From NCBI GenBank assembly GCA_043823195.1, contig JBDRAZ010000055.1, positions 3,780 to 67,779 on the forward strand: a DNA stretch of 64,000 nucleotides, written 5' to 3'. The notes below the pieces were generated by a model. It was not told the DNA's origin. It worked only from the letters and a program-made list of their open reading frames with translations, and searched no databases. This document shows positions 47,801-62,800 of this stretch, piece after piece; within the stretch, counting starts at the first letter, position 1, and every line of letters begins with the position of its first letter. The stretch comes from an archaeon (GTDB lineage Archaea > Nanobdellota > Nanobdellia > Woesearchaeales > JBDRAZ01). The position numbers and the translations under genes are program-made.

Positions 47801-50800
47801 AGCTGCTGAAACCACATTGCATGTTGAGGGGAACATGACCATTGGAGGAACCGGACTGTTGTTTGAGGATTCAACCTCGGGAGGGGATGCATCGCTGACA
47901 AGAGTAATCCGCTTTAACAACAATGACGACCTGAGATATGATGACACCAATAACATCTACACATTTACAGGAGACGCAAAAACGTACCTGGTTATGGACG
48001 ACCAAAGCGTGGGAATCGCAAGGGCACCATCATATGGCCTGGATGTCATCAATTCCACTAGGATAGGCGACGGCACTCCGGGAACAGCCGACATGAAAGG
48101 GAAATCGGCCGCGGACCTATATGTAACTGATGACATTGAGTTCGACGGAGTCATCTATGGCGACGGCTCGGGGCTCACAAACCTGCCGGCTGGAGCGGTG
48201 CAGGACATATGGATCAACGAGTCTGGAGATACGACCGGCGCGCTGGTAAAGGACCTGAACATTGATGCGAATACGCTTTTGGTAGACTATGATGCGAACA
48301 GCGTCGGGATTGGGACTTCTGCTGCAAGCCAGGGACGGCTGCATGTATACCGCTCAGATACAATCGGCGGAGTAGGGGGCACACTTACAAATGCCGCACT
48401 TGCAATCTCAAACGGCGCTAATGACGGATTTTATATTGATGAGAACGAATTCCACCAAAGCGGCGACAATTTTAACCTCTATCTGGACACGGATGCGAAG
48501 AATTTCATTTTTTATGATAATGCCGGCCAGATTATGACTATCCAGGATGGGGGAAACGTGGGGATTGGAACTGCGACAGCCACGCAGAAGCTGGATGTGC
48601 AGGGGAACGCGTACATCACAGGAGACATCCTGATGACTGACGGGAATTACATTGGAATATCAGGGAATGAGAGGATTGTGTTTGATACTGCAGGGGATAT
48701 TGAGATCCTGGGGGCGAGTGTCGGAATAGGTACGACTGTGGCAACGGCCCCATTGGAGATTGCTGCAAGCGCTGATGAACAGCTCCTTATAGAGGGCGGC
48801 TGGGATGACACATTAACAAGCAACGCAAGAATGAACTTCAATGATGAGAACTTCGGAGTTGGCGCAGGCCAGTATGGAGGCGGAAGCTCTGAGGACGCCA
48901 TGGTTCTCTGGTCATACAAGGGCGCGGGCCGGGGCATCCTCTTTGCATCCACGGCTGCCGGGGACACCACAACATTCCAGTCAATGACCCATAACATGTT
49001 TATAGATGGCAATACCGGGGCGGTCGGCATCGCAAAAACAAGCCCGTCTTATACGCTCGATGTATCTAACTCGACAAGGATCGGCACGGGCACGCCAGGA
49101 ACAGTTGACATGAAAGGCGGACCGGATGCCGACCTATATGTAACAAATGACATCGAATTTGACGGCGTGATCTACGGGGACGGATCAGGCCTGGTAAATT
49201 TGCCGGCCGGAGCTGTGCAGGACATATGGATCAATGAGTCAGGAGATACGACGGGTGCGCTTACAAAGGACCTGAACATCGATGCGGATACATTCGTGAT
49301 AAGCTACGATGATAATCGCGTGGGGATTGGGACGGCTGCACCAACGCAGCTATTGGATGTGGAGGGCAACCTGGAGGTCGACGGGACGCTGTACTTTGAC
49401 GCAGCCAATGCGGACGGGACCATAGACATGGACGGGTACAGGATCGAGGATCTTGGAGACCCAGATTCTGGAGACGATGCAATGGACAGGGATTATGCTG
49501 ATTCCAGGTACGTTAACACCAATGGGGATACCATGACAGGCACCCTGACAACAAGGCAGGTCACTGTTCAGGACGGATATGTCATAAGGCATCAGGAGCA
49601 GGGAGGAAATGCCATCATGTTCGACTGCGACGGGACTGACTGCGATTCGAGGATAACAATCCATGACGGACAGGGCAACTTCAACATCAAGACCGGGGTT
49701 GATGACGGCGAACTTTTCATCGCGGGCGGGAGCCACGGCGCAGCCAAGTACACGCAATATGCTTCCGGCGCAGACGGGGCCCACATTTTCCAGGTGGATG
49801 ACCAGGGAACTGGCGGCGCAGCTGTAAGCTATGACGGTGGGCTGCGGTTTGATGATTCAGGACTATTTATCACGACAAGCCCCGGGGACCATTTTGCCAC
49901 CGGCGGAAACCAGATCGCTGACCTGTCCGGACACCTGTATACGGAGGCATACCTCTACCATGAGGGGGATACCAATACTTACGTGGGATTCCCGTCTAAT
50001 GATGAGATCAGGCTAAGAACCTCGGGGACAGACAGGATAACAATCGTATCCGGCGGAAATGTCGGTATCGGGACAGCAACCCCGTCACAGCTGCTGGATG
50101 TGCGCGGAAACATCTACACAACAGGCGATATCGCGGTGAATGGGGATGACATAACCTCAGACAGCAACCTGGACATCTCGGCGACGGGATACGTGAGGAT
50201 CGGGGACGACACAGGAACGCCCAACTATGCAAGCGGAGACGACGACCTGTATGTGTATGGCGATATCGAGGCTGACGGAGTATTCTACGGGGACGGCTCA
50301 GGGCTGATTAACCTGCCGGCGGGGGCGGTGCAGGACATATGGATCAATGAGTCAGGAGATACCACGGGTGCGCTGATCAAGGACCTGAACATCGATGCGA
50401 ACACTTTTGTGATAAGCTATGATGATGATCTGGTTGGCATTGGGACAGCGACTCCTGCCACAAAGCTTGATGTTGAAGGGGACATACAGTTGTCCGGACA
50501 ACTATTGGGTGATGTGCAAAGAGGCGGAGAGACCACGTATAGCTCTGTCGGCTACTGGACATTTGATGGGGATTATGACGACTATTCGGGTTACGGGCAG
50601 ACGGGCACAGCGAGAAATAACGCCGCCCGCACTTCAACAAATGCGCTTTTTGGACAATCGCTAAGCCTGGACGGAACCGATGATTCGATTGAGATCGCAG
50701 ATTCTGGATCAAGCCCCCTTGACGTAACAAATGCCTTCACTTTCGAGGCATGGGTACGTCCTGATCTGAACACTGATGAGATGATCCTGAATAAGGAGAC

Positions 50801-53800
50801 AAGTTATGAGTGGGTGATTCAGGGAAGCGGTACTGTCCAGTGGGCACTTTATACCAGCGGCACATGGGAGTGGCATGACACGGGGGTATCTGTCCCGACA
50901 CTAGAATGGACACACCTTGCGCTTACGTATGACGGGACGAATGTCAGGGTTTACAAGAACGGGGAACTCAAGAGCACTATCGCGGACCCGGACGGCGGCG
51001 CAATTGGCACCAATGACAACAACCTGTGCATCGGCACACGGGGCGGGGACGGCTGTGCCGGAACCCAGGACTACGACGGGCTTATTGACGAAGTGCGCAT
51101 CTACAACCGCGTCCTGACATCAGAGGAAATACGGGCCCACCACACCCAGAGTTACTGGGCAGAAGAGGGGAGCAACGTATATCTTACAAGTTCAGGAAAC
51201 GTCGGCATCGGGACTGCTACAGCAACACAGAAGCTGGATGTGCGGGGCAATGCCTATATTACGGGCGACGTCCTCATGACCGATGATAATTACATCGGAA
51301 TCTCTGGTGCTGAGAGATTAGTGTTTGATACGGCCGGGGACCTGGAGATACTGGGGGCAAACCTGGGAATCGGCACTTCAACTACCAATGCAAACCTGGA
51401 TATCTACGGCGGCGGGAGCGCCACAACACAGATCTTCATCCAGAACCCGGGCAATAACGGGGCAGGGAAGGGCGCAATAGATGTAAACAATGGGGACATA
51501 ATCGGCCTGAACAAGATTTTTTTTGACGACCTCGGAGAAGGCCTAGTGTGGGCAACTGCAAACACTGCTGCAACATCAAAGACACAGATATATTCAACAG
51601 ATGCAACACCCTCAAACATTTACCTTGACACAAATCTGAATTCAAACGCCGGGCACGTCATAATCCCAAGCGGGAATGTGGGAATCGGCACAGTAACGCC
51701 TGCGCAGAAGCTCGATGTGCGCGGAAACATATACACAACAGGCGACATCGCAGTAAACGGGGATGACATCACGTCGGACGGAAACCTGCTCATTGCCGCA
51801 ACAGGGTATGTAAGGGTCGGCGATACAGGAACGCCCACCTATGCAAGCGGAGACGACGACCTGTATGTGTATGGTGACATCGAGGCTGACGGAGTATTCT
51901 ACGGGGACGGCTCAGGGCTTGTAAATTTACCGGCGGGAGCGGTGGATGACATATGGATCAATGAGTCAGGAGATACGACAGGAGCCCTAACTAAGGACCT
52001 GAACATCGATGCGGATACATTCGTGATAAGCTATGATGATAATCTGGTAGGAATCGGGACGGCAACACCCAGTCAGAAGCTGGATGTTGTTGGGAATGTA
52101 GAAATCAATGGAAAATTTGGTGCCGCAACCGGAAGTAGTGATGGTCAAACGCGAGGTTTCTGGGTTTGGAACTTAGGGGATTCGAACCACGTCATTTATT
52201 CTGCAGCTTCAACAGGGACGTCTCCCGCGGGAGCAGGTGCAGCCGACGGGCTATGGGATGCAGGCCACAGAATGAGATTCAGAACTGCAACCACCCAGGG
52301 ATTCCTTTTTGAAAACAACGGAGAAACAGCATTGGTTGACATTGATTCTGATAACGGCAACCTGAGATCCATTGGCACTGCGTATTTCAGCGGTTCCGGA
52401 AATAACTATTTTGCGGGCAACATTGGCATCGGGACTGCGACACCCAGCCAGCTCCTTGATGTGCGCGGAAACATATACACAACAGGCGACATCGCGGTGA
52501 ACGGGGACGACATAACATCAGACAGCAACCTCGACATCTCGGCTACGGGATATGTGAGGATTGGTGATGATACGGGAACGCCCAACTATGCAAATGCTGA
52601 TGATGACCTGTATGTATACGGGGACATTGAGGCGGACGGAGTATTCTACGGGGACGGATCAGGGCTTGTAAATTTGCCGGCGGGGGCCGTGGACGACATC
52701 TGGATCAATGAGTCAGGAGATACGACCGGGGCACTAACTAAGGACCTGAACATCGATGCGGACACGCTTGTGATAAGCTATGATGATAATCTGGTAGGAA
52801 TCGGGACGGCTAGCCCCAGTGATGCATTACATGTACATAAAGACTCTGGTATCAGAATAAGCGACCCAAACAATGTTTACAGGGCTAATTTGTTGTTTGG
52901 GGCTGACAGTGCGTGGAACAGCGGCATCAGGGTATACGACAACGGAGATGCAGAGATGAGGATCTGGCATGAGAATGTGGACGGCCAGATTATCCTAGCA
53001 ACCGGCTATGCCGGAGATATGGCTACTACTATTCCGGGTGATGGCCTGTTCATACATGAGAACAAATTAGGAATAGGATACGGTGCCACAACAATCCCAG
53101 ACGGCGCACGTCTGGCTGTGAACGGCAACACAGGCATAGGAACAGCATCACCAACACAGCTGCTGGATGTCCGCGGAAACATATATGCTTCAGGAAATGT
53201 TGATGTGGACGGGACGCTGTACTTCGATGCTGCTAATGCAGACGGACAATTGGACATGGACGGGCAGACCATACAGATGAGAGGGGGAGTTATTGAGGAC
53301 GCAACTGATGAGGTAGATATAAATGATAACCTTGCGGTGGCCGGGCAGATTACGGCAAATTACTTTAAAGCCGGGCAGGGCAACTCTGCAACCATCGGGA
53401 GCGTCGGGTGGTACAGGATTGCCTCAAACGGCGGGAACAGGGCCAATGCCGAGTTTACATTGAGGGACTATATCAGCGGCGGCGGGCACTCCATGCTGAC
53501 ATTCAAGGTGGGCGTATCCTATGACTGGGAACCCGGCATGAGCTTTACCCTCCTTAACCACAATTACTATAGCACAGCAACCTTTACGAAAGTAAGGGTA
53601 TGGGAGAGCAGCTATACCTATGACCCCATGTATGTTGAGGTTTATGTCGCAAGGACAGGGAGCATGGATTACTCAATATATGATAACCTGCAAAGCAGCG
53701 GATGGAGCCCCATTGACTGGACAGCGGGTGCCACACCCACAGGAACTGGAGCATATACCGCGAGGGAGTTTGAGGTAAATAACCTATTTACCGTCGGGGA

Positions 53801-56800
53801 TTACGACGACAGGTTTACTGTTGCACGGGGGGGCAATGTCGGCATAGGAAGCACAAGCCCCAGCCAGAAACTGCATGTGCAGGGAAACATCTATGCTTCA
53901 GGAAACGTTGATGTAGACGGGACGCTGTACTTCGACGCAGGAAATGCTGACGGGACGCTGGACATGGACAACCAGGTGATAACAAACATTGGCGATGCTG
54001 GGACTGATTTCACGTCGGGCGGGCACCTGACCCTGGCCGGAGACCTGGCGGTTAACGGCGATGACATCACGTCAGACAGCAACCTCGACATCTCGGCGAC
54101 GGGATACGTGAGGATTGGTGATGATACGGGAACGCCGACCTATGCAAACGGGGATGACGACCTGTATGTGTATGGCGATATCGAGGCTGACGGAGTCTTC
54201 TACGGGGACGGCTCAGGGCTTGTAAATTTGCCGGCGGGAGCGGTGGACGACATATGGATCAATGAGTCAGGAGATACGACCGGAGCTTTAACCAAGGACC
54301 TGAACATTGATGCAGATACATTCGTGATCAGCTATGATGATAATCGCGTGGGGATTGGGACGGCTGCACCAGGGGCTTCACTGGATGTATACGGGACAGC
54401 AACAGACCACTACTTTAGGCTTGGTTCAGGGGCAGCAGGAGCAAACAGCTGGGATTTTGTCACCTCCGGGACAGGCAGCACTTTCGTGCCGGCGGGCTCA
54501 TTCTGGCTATCAAAGGCCGGAACAGGGAACGTACTTACTGTAGACACATCAGGCAACGTTGGCATCGGGACAAATACACCTACACAGCTTCTTGATGTCG
54601 AAGGAGATATGACACTGGAAGGAGACATACTCATGACCGATGGTGATTACATAGGAATCTCTGGCAATGAGAGGATCGTGTTTGATGGTGCCGGAGACCT
54701 GGAGATACTGGGTGCGAGTGTCGGTATAGGGACGACCGTAGCATCCGATACCCTGGACGTGCGCGGGGATGCAGTCATAGGTGACGGAACAACATACGGG
54801 GACACCAGGTTTGCAATAGCCGGGACGAACGGCAACAATGACGGCACTTTTTTAACTGTCAAGAGGGACGGAACAACAAACCCCGTATACAGCATGCTGC
54901 CATGGGATAGCCAGATTTACCTCAGTGCGGGCATTTATTACAGCAATGGCGCATGGGTACATAATTCTGATGATACAAACAATCTGCTGTTTGTCCTGGA
55001 CCCGGGTGCAGGCACCGCATGGTATGCATCGAATAACGGTGCTGGCTCATGGAATGTGGCTAGCAATGAGGCTCTCTGGGATGCTGGAGCCAACTGGAAA
55101 AACCTTGTGCAGTCAACACAGTCCGGAGTTTCCTATTTTACAGGAGGAAATGTGGGGATTGGGACAGCAACCCCGTCACAGCTGCTGGATGTCCGCGGAA
55201 ACATCTACACAACAGGCGACATCGCAGTAAACGGGGATGACATCACGTCGGACGGAAACCTGCTCATTGCCGCAACAGGTTATGTAAGGATCGGCGATAC
55301 AGGAACGCCCAACTATGCAAATGCTGATGATGACCTGTATGTGTATGGCGATATCGAGGCTGACGGAATCTTCTACGGGGACGGCTCAGGGCTGGTAAAT
55401 TTGCCGGCCGGGGCTGTGCAGGACATATGGATCAATGAGTCAGGAGATACGACAGGTGCGCTGACCAAGGACCTGAACATCGATGCAGATACCCTGGTCG
55501 TGGATTATGATGCGAACAGTGTGGGGATCGGGACAGCGACGCCGGGATACAAACTGGAAGTGGCCGGGACTGCAAAATCAGGAGCTGCAGCAGTCAGCGC
55601 AGCAAATCAGCCAGCCCTGAGAATTGCTGCGGCAAATACCGCCGCAACCGGCAGAATAACTGCGATCCAGCAGCTTACCACCGAAGGGGATACAAGAATT
55701 TTTGCAGATTATGACCCATATGTGGAATACGGCATGTATGCAAGGAACAGCGATGATTCAATACATTTCACTGCCGGGACGTCTACAAACGGGCTTGAAT
55801 CCTGGACAGAATATAATACCGCGGGGGCTGCGAGGACAGCCTACTCAAAAATGAAGGTCAGCCTGGGTAATGGCCAGGTCACAATCGGCGGCAACGTCGG
55901 CATCGGGACTGCCACAGCAACACAGAAGCTGGACGTCCGGGGAAACATATATGCGTCAGGAAACGTTGACGTGGACGGGACGCTGTACTTCGATGCAGCA
56001 AATGCGGACGGAACACTGGACATGGACGGGCAGACCATACAGATGAGGGGAGGAGTTATCGAGGATGCAACTGATGAGGTGGACATTAATGACGATGTGG
56101 CGATTACAGGAAATGTCCTCATGGCTGACGATAAGTACATTGGAATATCGGGTGCAGAGAGGATTGTGTTTGATACGGCAGGGGATATTGAAGTGCAGGG
56201 GGCAAATCTGGGCATCGGCACTGCAACCGCAAGCCAGGCCCTATATGTTGTCGGACAGCACATCTACACAACAGGTACGCTTGTTGATGACGGAAACGGC
56301 AAGAACCTCATACCGAACTGGCAGATGGAGTCTGATACGTACTGGGCGGATCCACCCGAACAGACGGCGATTGCTGACTTTGAGGGCGTCACCCATTATG
56401 CGCATCAGGCAACAGAATCAGGGACCGGCTGCTACCAATGGGCGCAGACGGGAAGCATACCTGCAGACGCAAGCAAGACATACAAGTTCACGGTGTGGAT
56501 TAAGTCAACCGGGACAGACATGAACAACTACTTTGGGTTTTATATTTTTGATTCTGCCGGAACAAGAATAACAGGATCATGGGACAACCCATACTTCAAG
56601 ACCAGCGAGAGCGATCCCAACTCATGGATTAAATGGACCGCGTACCTGGGACCGAGCTATGCCGGCGGTGCAACAGGATGCGATACAAGCAAGACAAATG
56701 CAGATGACTGGTGCATGTCGTCATCCACAGCGTACATACGGATGAGATTCGGTTCCTGCTACGCAGACGGGTCAGGAACATCATATTCGTATTTCATATA

Positions 56801-59800
56801 CCCGTCAATTGAGGAGGTCAACCCCGACGATAGCTATACCGTAGGCAACCATGTGTTCATGAGCGGCAATGTCGGCATAGGAAGCACAAGCCCAAGCCAG
56901 AGGCTGCATGTGCAGGGAAACATCTATGCTTCAGGAAACGTTGATGTGGACGGGACGCTGTATTTCGATGCAGGCAACGCAGACGGGACGCTGGACATGG
57001 ACAACCAGGTGATAACAAACATCGGCGACGCAGGGACAGATTTCACTTCTGGCGGGCACCTGACGCTGGCCGGAGACCTGGCGGTGAACGGCGATGACAT
57101 CACGTCAGACAGCAACCTGGACATCTCGGCGACGGGATATGTCAGAATCGGCGACACTGCGTCACCCGGAATAGCTAATGGTGACGACGACCTGTATGTG
57201 GAAGGAGATATCGAGGCTGACGGAGTCTTCTACGGGGACGGATCAGGGCTTGTAAATTTGCCCGCCGGGGCGGTACAGGACATATGGATCAACGAGTCAG
57301 GAGATACGACGGGTGCACTGACCAAGGACCTGAACATCGATGCAGATACATTCGTGATCAGCTATGATGATAATCGCGTGGGGATTGGGACGGCTGCACC
57401 AGGAGCACCCCTGCATGTACGGTTGGCCGCCGGCGGGGAAACTGTACGCATAGACGGCGGTACAAGCTACCCCAGATTGTACTTCGATTCGGGCCACGCA
57501 AGTGTTCTTGCGGTCATCAACCGGCAAACCGGAGACGAAGCCAAGAATCTGTACTTCGGTGAAACAGCTGACACAGGACAATACATCTTCCGGACCTCTG
57601 GTGCAACAACGTTTGAGGGCAACGTCGGCATCGGGACCGGGACCCCGACCCAGAAGCTGGATGTCCGCGGAAACATATATGCTTCAGGAAATGTTGATGT
57701 GGACGGGACGCTGTACTTCGATGCTGCTAATGCAGACGGACAATTGGACATGGACGGGCAGACCATACAGATGAGGGGAGGAGTTATTGAGGATGCAACA
57801 GACGAGGTGGACATCAATGACGATGTGGCGATTACTGGAGATATACTCCTGGCTGACGGGAATTACATCGGAATCTCGGGTGCGGAGAGGATCGTGTTTG
57901 ATGATGCCGGAGACCTGGAGATACTGGGGGCGAACGTCGGCATCGGGACAACTGTAGCAGGCGAAGCGCTGGATGTGCGCGGAAACATTAGGGCCTACGG
58001 CAGAATTGATGCGGGGCTTTACGAGGAGCCAATACCGGGGATAGGATACGGGAATACTGCAATGCCCAGCTCAGGCATCACCTATACGGATACAGGGGTC
58101 AACCTGCCATCCACGGCCTTCAGGGGGGTTGTATGGACCGGCAAGCACTACCTCTTTACAGACTATGTCAATGACAGGGTGTACTTTTATGACCAGAATT
58201 TCAACCAGATACAGAATAAGTATGGAAACACTTATGTAACGCTTCCGAGCGACCCAGTCAACCCGCACGGGGCTGCATGGGACGGAAGGTACCTCTGGAT
58301 GATTGAATACCCGGGAAGCTCCAACTTCCTCGTTGCATATGACCTGGACGGGAGCAGTGTTGTGAGGGTGGCACGCTGCGATGTTGCAGGAACAGCTGCC
58401 TACGGCGTAGGCTATGCCGAGGGACTGCTCTATTACCTACAGAGCGGAACATTGTACGGCTACCGCTGGAACGGCGGGGATTCGTGCACTCAGGTCATGA
58501 CCGCAACAGGATTTGGCACAATAAGTGCCCAGGCAATAACCTATGACGGGTCATATCTCTGGATTACGCAGAACTCCAATACCATCTACAAGGCAAACCT
58601 TGACGGCGACATCATATCAACGATTGCCTGGGGCAGCGGCCAGCCCCCGGAGATAACCGGGTGGACATGGAACGGCAAGAACATAGTGGCTTTCGAGTAC
58701 AGCGCAATGGATATAGACATAATCCACACAACACAGGAGATCATGCTGACGGGCGCCGTAGGGATCGGCACATCATCTGCGCTGGAACGGATTGATGCGC
58801 GCGATGGCCAATACATTTTCGATGACAGGCTATGCATAGGAAACTCAGGCACTGCCTGCAGCGATATAGGGAGCGGAACAGCGGGCGTCTGGTACGGCGA
58901 TGATGCCGCAGATGACTTTTTTGTCGGCATGCACACTGCAAACAGCAAGTTCGGCTGGTACAGGGGCGGCTGGCTGGGAACAATTGACGGCGGCGGCAAT
59001 ATGGGGATTGGCACAGAAACACCTGCGCAGAAGCTGGATGTCCGCGGAAACATCTACACAACAGGCGACATCGCAGTAAACGGGGATGACATCACGTCGG
59101 ACGGAAACCTGCTCATTGCCGCAACAGGTTATGTAAGGATCGGCGATACAGGAACGCCCAACTATGCAAATGGTGATGATGACCTGTATGTCTACGGGGA
59201 CATTGAAGCGGACGGAATAATCTATGGGGACGGGTCGGGCATATTCAACATTGATGCAGATTCAATCGAGGACATATGGATCAACGAGGCAGGGGATACT
59301 ACAGGGGCATTGACAGAGGACCTGAACATCGATGCGAACACATTCGTGATAAGCTATGATGATAATCTGGTAGGAATAGGGACGGCGACGCCGGGGTACA
59401 AGCTGGAGGTTGACGGCACATTTAATGCTGACGTTGGCAACGCTGCAGAAACCACCATATTTGAGCATAGCGGAGTTGGAACTCCGGTTCCGTTTAACAT
59501 TCGCAAAACAGGTTATTCTGGCAGTTCCCAGTCCTTTGGTGTTTTACATCTCGACATGGGCCACAGCGTGGCAGGGGGCGGCTCAAATCTTCATTTCAGG
59601 CTGAAAGACAGCGCCGGAAACTATGATGAATATGGCGGGATCGGAGCCTACATAGTGGATTCGACCACTACAAGCGAGGATGGAAACTTGGCGTTTTATA
59701 CAACCGCAGCCGGAACCACTAGGCAACAAAGGATGACCATCCAGTACGGTGGAAATGTCGGCATAGGCACGGCGGCGCCGGGGGCGAAGCTACACGTGGC

Positions 59801-62800
59801 CGGCGACATCCTTGCCACCGGTCTTATTGCAGGGTCATCTGCAATTGCTGATGACAATGCCAACCTGGAAATCTACTGGCCCCTTGACGGCGACACAAAG
59901 GATTACAGCGGACACGGCTATGACGGCTCATTGTCAGGAGCCACATTCACATCATCAGGCAAGGTCGGCGGGGCGTATGATTTCGATGCTGCCAATGAGA
60001 AGATAGTGTATAATCCCGGGGACTATGCCGTGGCAGACTACACAATAGAGTTCTGGATGAAGGCAGACACCATCCCGGGAGGATGGCGCGACATGGTTAG
60101 CATCAGCGGGGAAGCCGGCAGGGTACATCTGGAATCCGGCGACAATAGCATTACCTGGTACGGGGTGGACAGCTTGGGAAGCATTGATTCAGGTGTAATC
60201 CCTACAGTGGGCCAGTGGTATCATGTTGCAGTCACAAAGCAGGGCACTGCTGCAAAGATTTATGTGAACGGGGCTGAGAAAAACAGCGCGACCCGCGGCG
60301 CGACCACCACATTCACCTACCTCCAGGTTGGATGTGACGCCGAGATCTTTGACGGCATCCTTGACGAGGTAAAGTACTACAGGCGCACGCTATCGGCACC
60401 CGAAATTTACCAGCATTATGCCGCCGGCGTAAGGCTGCTTGAAGGCGATGCCTATGTCAGAAAAGGCGGCGACACCATGTACGGCGACCTGCGCGTACTG
60501 CAGGGAGGAAATGTCGGCATAGGGACTGCCGTACCCACGCAGCTTCTCGACGTCGAAGGAGATATGACGCTGGAAGGAGACGTACTCATGACAGACGGCG
60601 ATTACATAGGAATCTCGGGCGCGGAGAGGATCGTGTTTGATGATGCCGGAGACCTGGAGATACTGGGTGCCAATGTCGGCATCGGAACCACTGCGGCCGG
60701 CAGCACACTTGATGTCAGAGGGGATACAGTCATAGGAGACGGGACCGCATACGGAGACACAAGGTTCGCAATTGCCGGGACGAACGGCAACAATGACGGC
60801 ACCTTCCTTACTGTCAAGAGGGACGGATCAACAAACCCCGTATACAGCATACTGCCCTGGGATACACAGGTACTTCTAAGTGCGGGCACATATTACAGCA
60901 ACTCCGCCTGGGTGCATAATTCAGATGACACGAATAGCCAGATTTTTGTTCTAGATCCTGGTGCAGGTACGAGGTGGTATGCATCAAGCGATAGCTCAGG
61001 CAGCTGGAATGTAGCAAGCGATGAGACATTATGGGATGACGCAGCCAACTGGAAGAACCTTGTGCAGTCAACGCAGTCAGGGACGTCCTATTTCACAGGA
61101 GGCAACGTCGGCATAGGGACGGCGGCGCCGGGCGGAAAATTGGATGTCCGCGGTGCCCGGGTCCTGCTGGGGTCAAACACTTTCGCAAAAGCGGCTGCAG
61201 GCCAGGGTGACATTATGCTCGACAACGGCGGAACAGACACACCAGGGATACACTTCTATACGGCAGCAAACGACAACTTTGGCATTGATGTTGCCAGCGG
61301 GAAACTGCGATTTGTTTACAAGTTGGATGAATCCGGCGGAGTTTCAAGAATGGAGATGGATTCTGCAGGGGCTGTAACTGCCACAAGCTTTAGCGGCGAC
61401 GGATCGGGACTGACAGGCGTTTCCGCAGGACGGCTGCTGACATCAGACACCCGCGCAACAAACCCGGCGCCGCAAACGTACAGCATGGGAATCATCTCTG
61501 ACTTCAAGGGCAATGCGGCAGACGGCCTATCAGATGGGGGCTCATACCATGGCGTATTGATCTTCAGGCAGTGGTCCAGCGGTAGCGACTGGAGCGGCGG
61601 CGGTGTGCGGCAGGTCGGGTTTACTGATAACCATAACCTGTGGATTCGCGGCGCGAACGCAGATACCACCTGGAGCTCATGGAACAGGATCCTGGACACA
61701 GACAGCACAGTGAAGACATCAGGGGTAATGCAGATCGACGGCACAGGCAACAGCTACGTGCTGGGGAATGTCGGGGTTGGGACGGCGAGCCCGAGCGATT
61801 CCCTGCATGTTTACAGAAACTATGACTCCGCGGGCAGCACAACAACAAATGCCGCCACTATTTTTATAGACGGTGCGGCAGGAAAAGATGCCTGGCTGGG
61901 GTGGGGAACCGCCGGAACAGCAAAAATGGTTGCAGGCATTGATGATGGCGGAAATAGTGTTAATTTCTGGGGCTATAATGGTGCCTGGAATCCTGGACTG
62001 GCAGTAACAACCGGCGGCTATGTCGGGGTCGGCACGACGACACCGGACAGCAAGATGCACGTGTATGGGGCAGGCGGAACAAACCCAACTTCCATTACAG
62101 GCCTCTATGGCAACAGCATTGTCCTGGAAAATACCGGCGGCGGAACAACAGGCAGCACGGTCGGCATTTTCGGTGCACAGTCAAATAATCCCGGAATCGT
62201 GTCAGGTATTGGCTTCGGGAGAGAGGACAGCGGCAACTGGGGCTCTACTATCCGGTTCTATACGCACCCGACAGCAACAAGCAACATCCAGGATATTACA
62301 GAACGCATGAGAATAACAGCCGACGGCGGTGTCGGCATCGGGACGGCGGGGCCCGCAACCAAGCTGGATGTCTATGGCGGCATTAGGCAGGGAGGTATAA
62401 CACCTATCGGGGTTGGCGGCGAGAGCGGAGGGTCTGCGATAGACAATGACTACACGTTCGGGTTTCAGGAGGCCGGCTCATGGGTATATCCCTACCCTGA
62501 CCTGATCTTGGGGTATCACACCGGCATTAAGATCGGCGGCTACTGGAATTATAACGGAGTGCGCTTTTATAATGACCACCCCTTGCGCGCGGGCGCAACA
62601 GAACTGTTCTCTGTCGGCAATCTTGACCAGAATGTCCGTGTAACTAACGACCTCTATGTTGGCGGAAACGTGGGAATTGGGACGGGGGCGCCGGCAAACA
62701 AGCTGGATGTCTGGGCGGGGGCCGGCCAGGCGAGGGTGTACAGCTCAAGCGATGCCCCGCTGAAGATCCAGGGCTCCAACACATGGTCGGGCATATCTTT

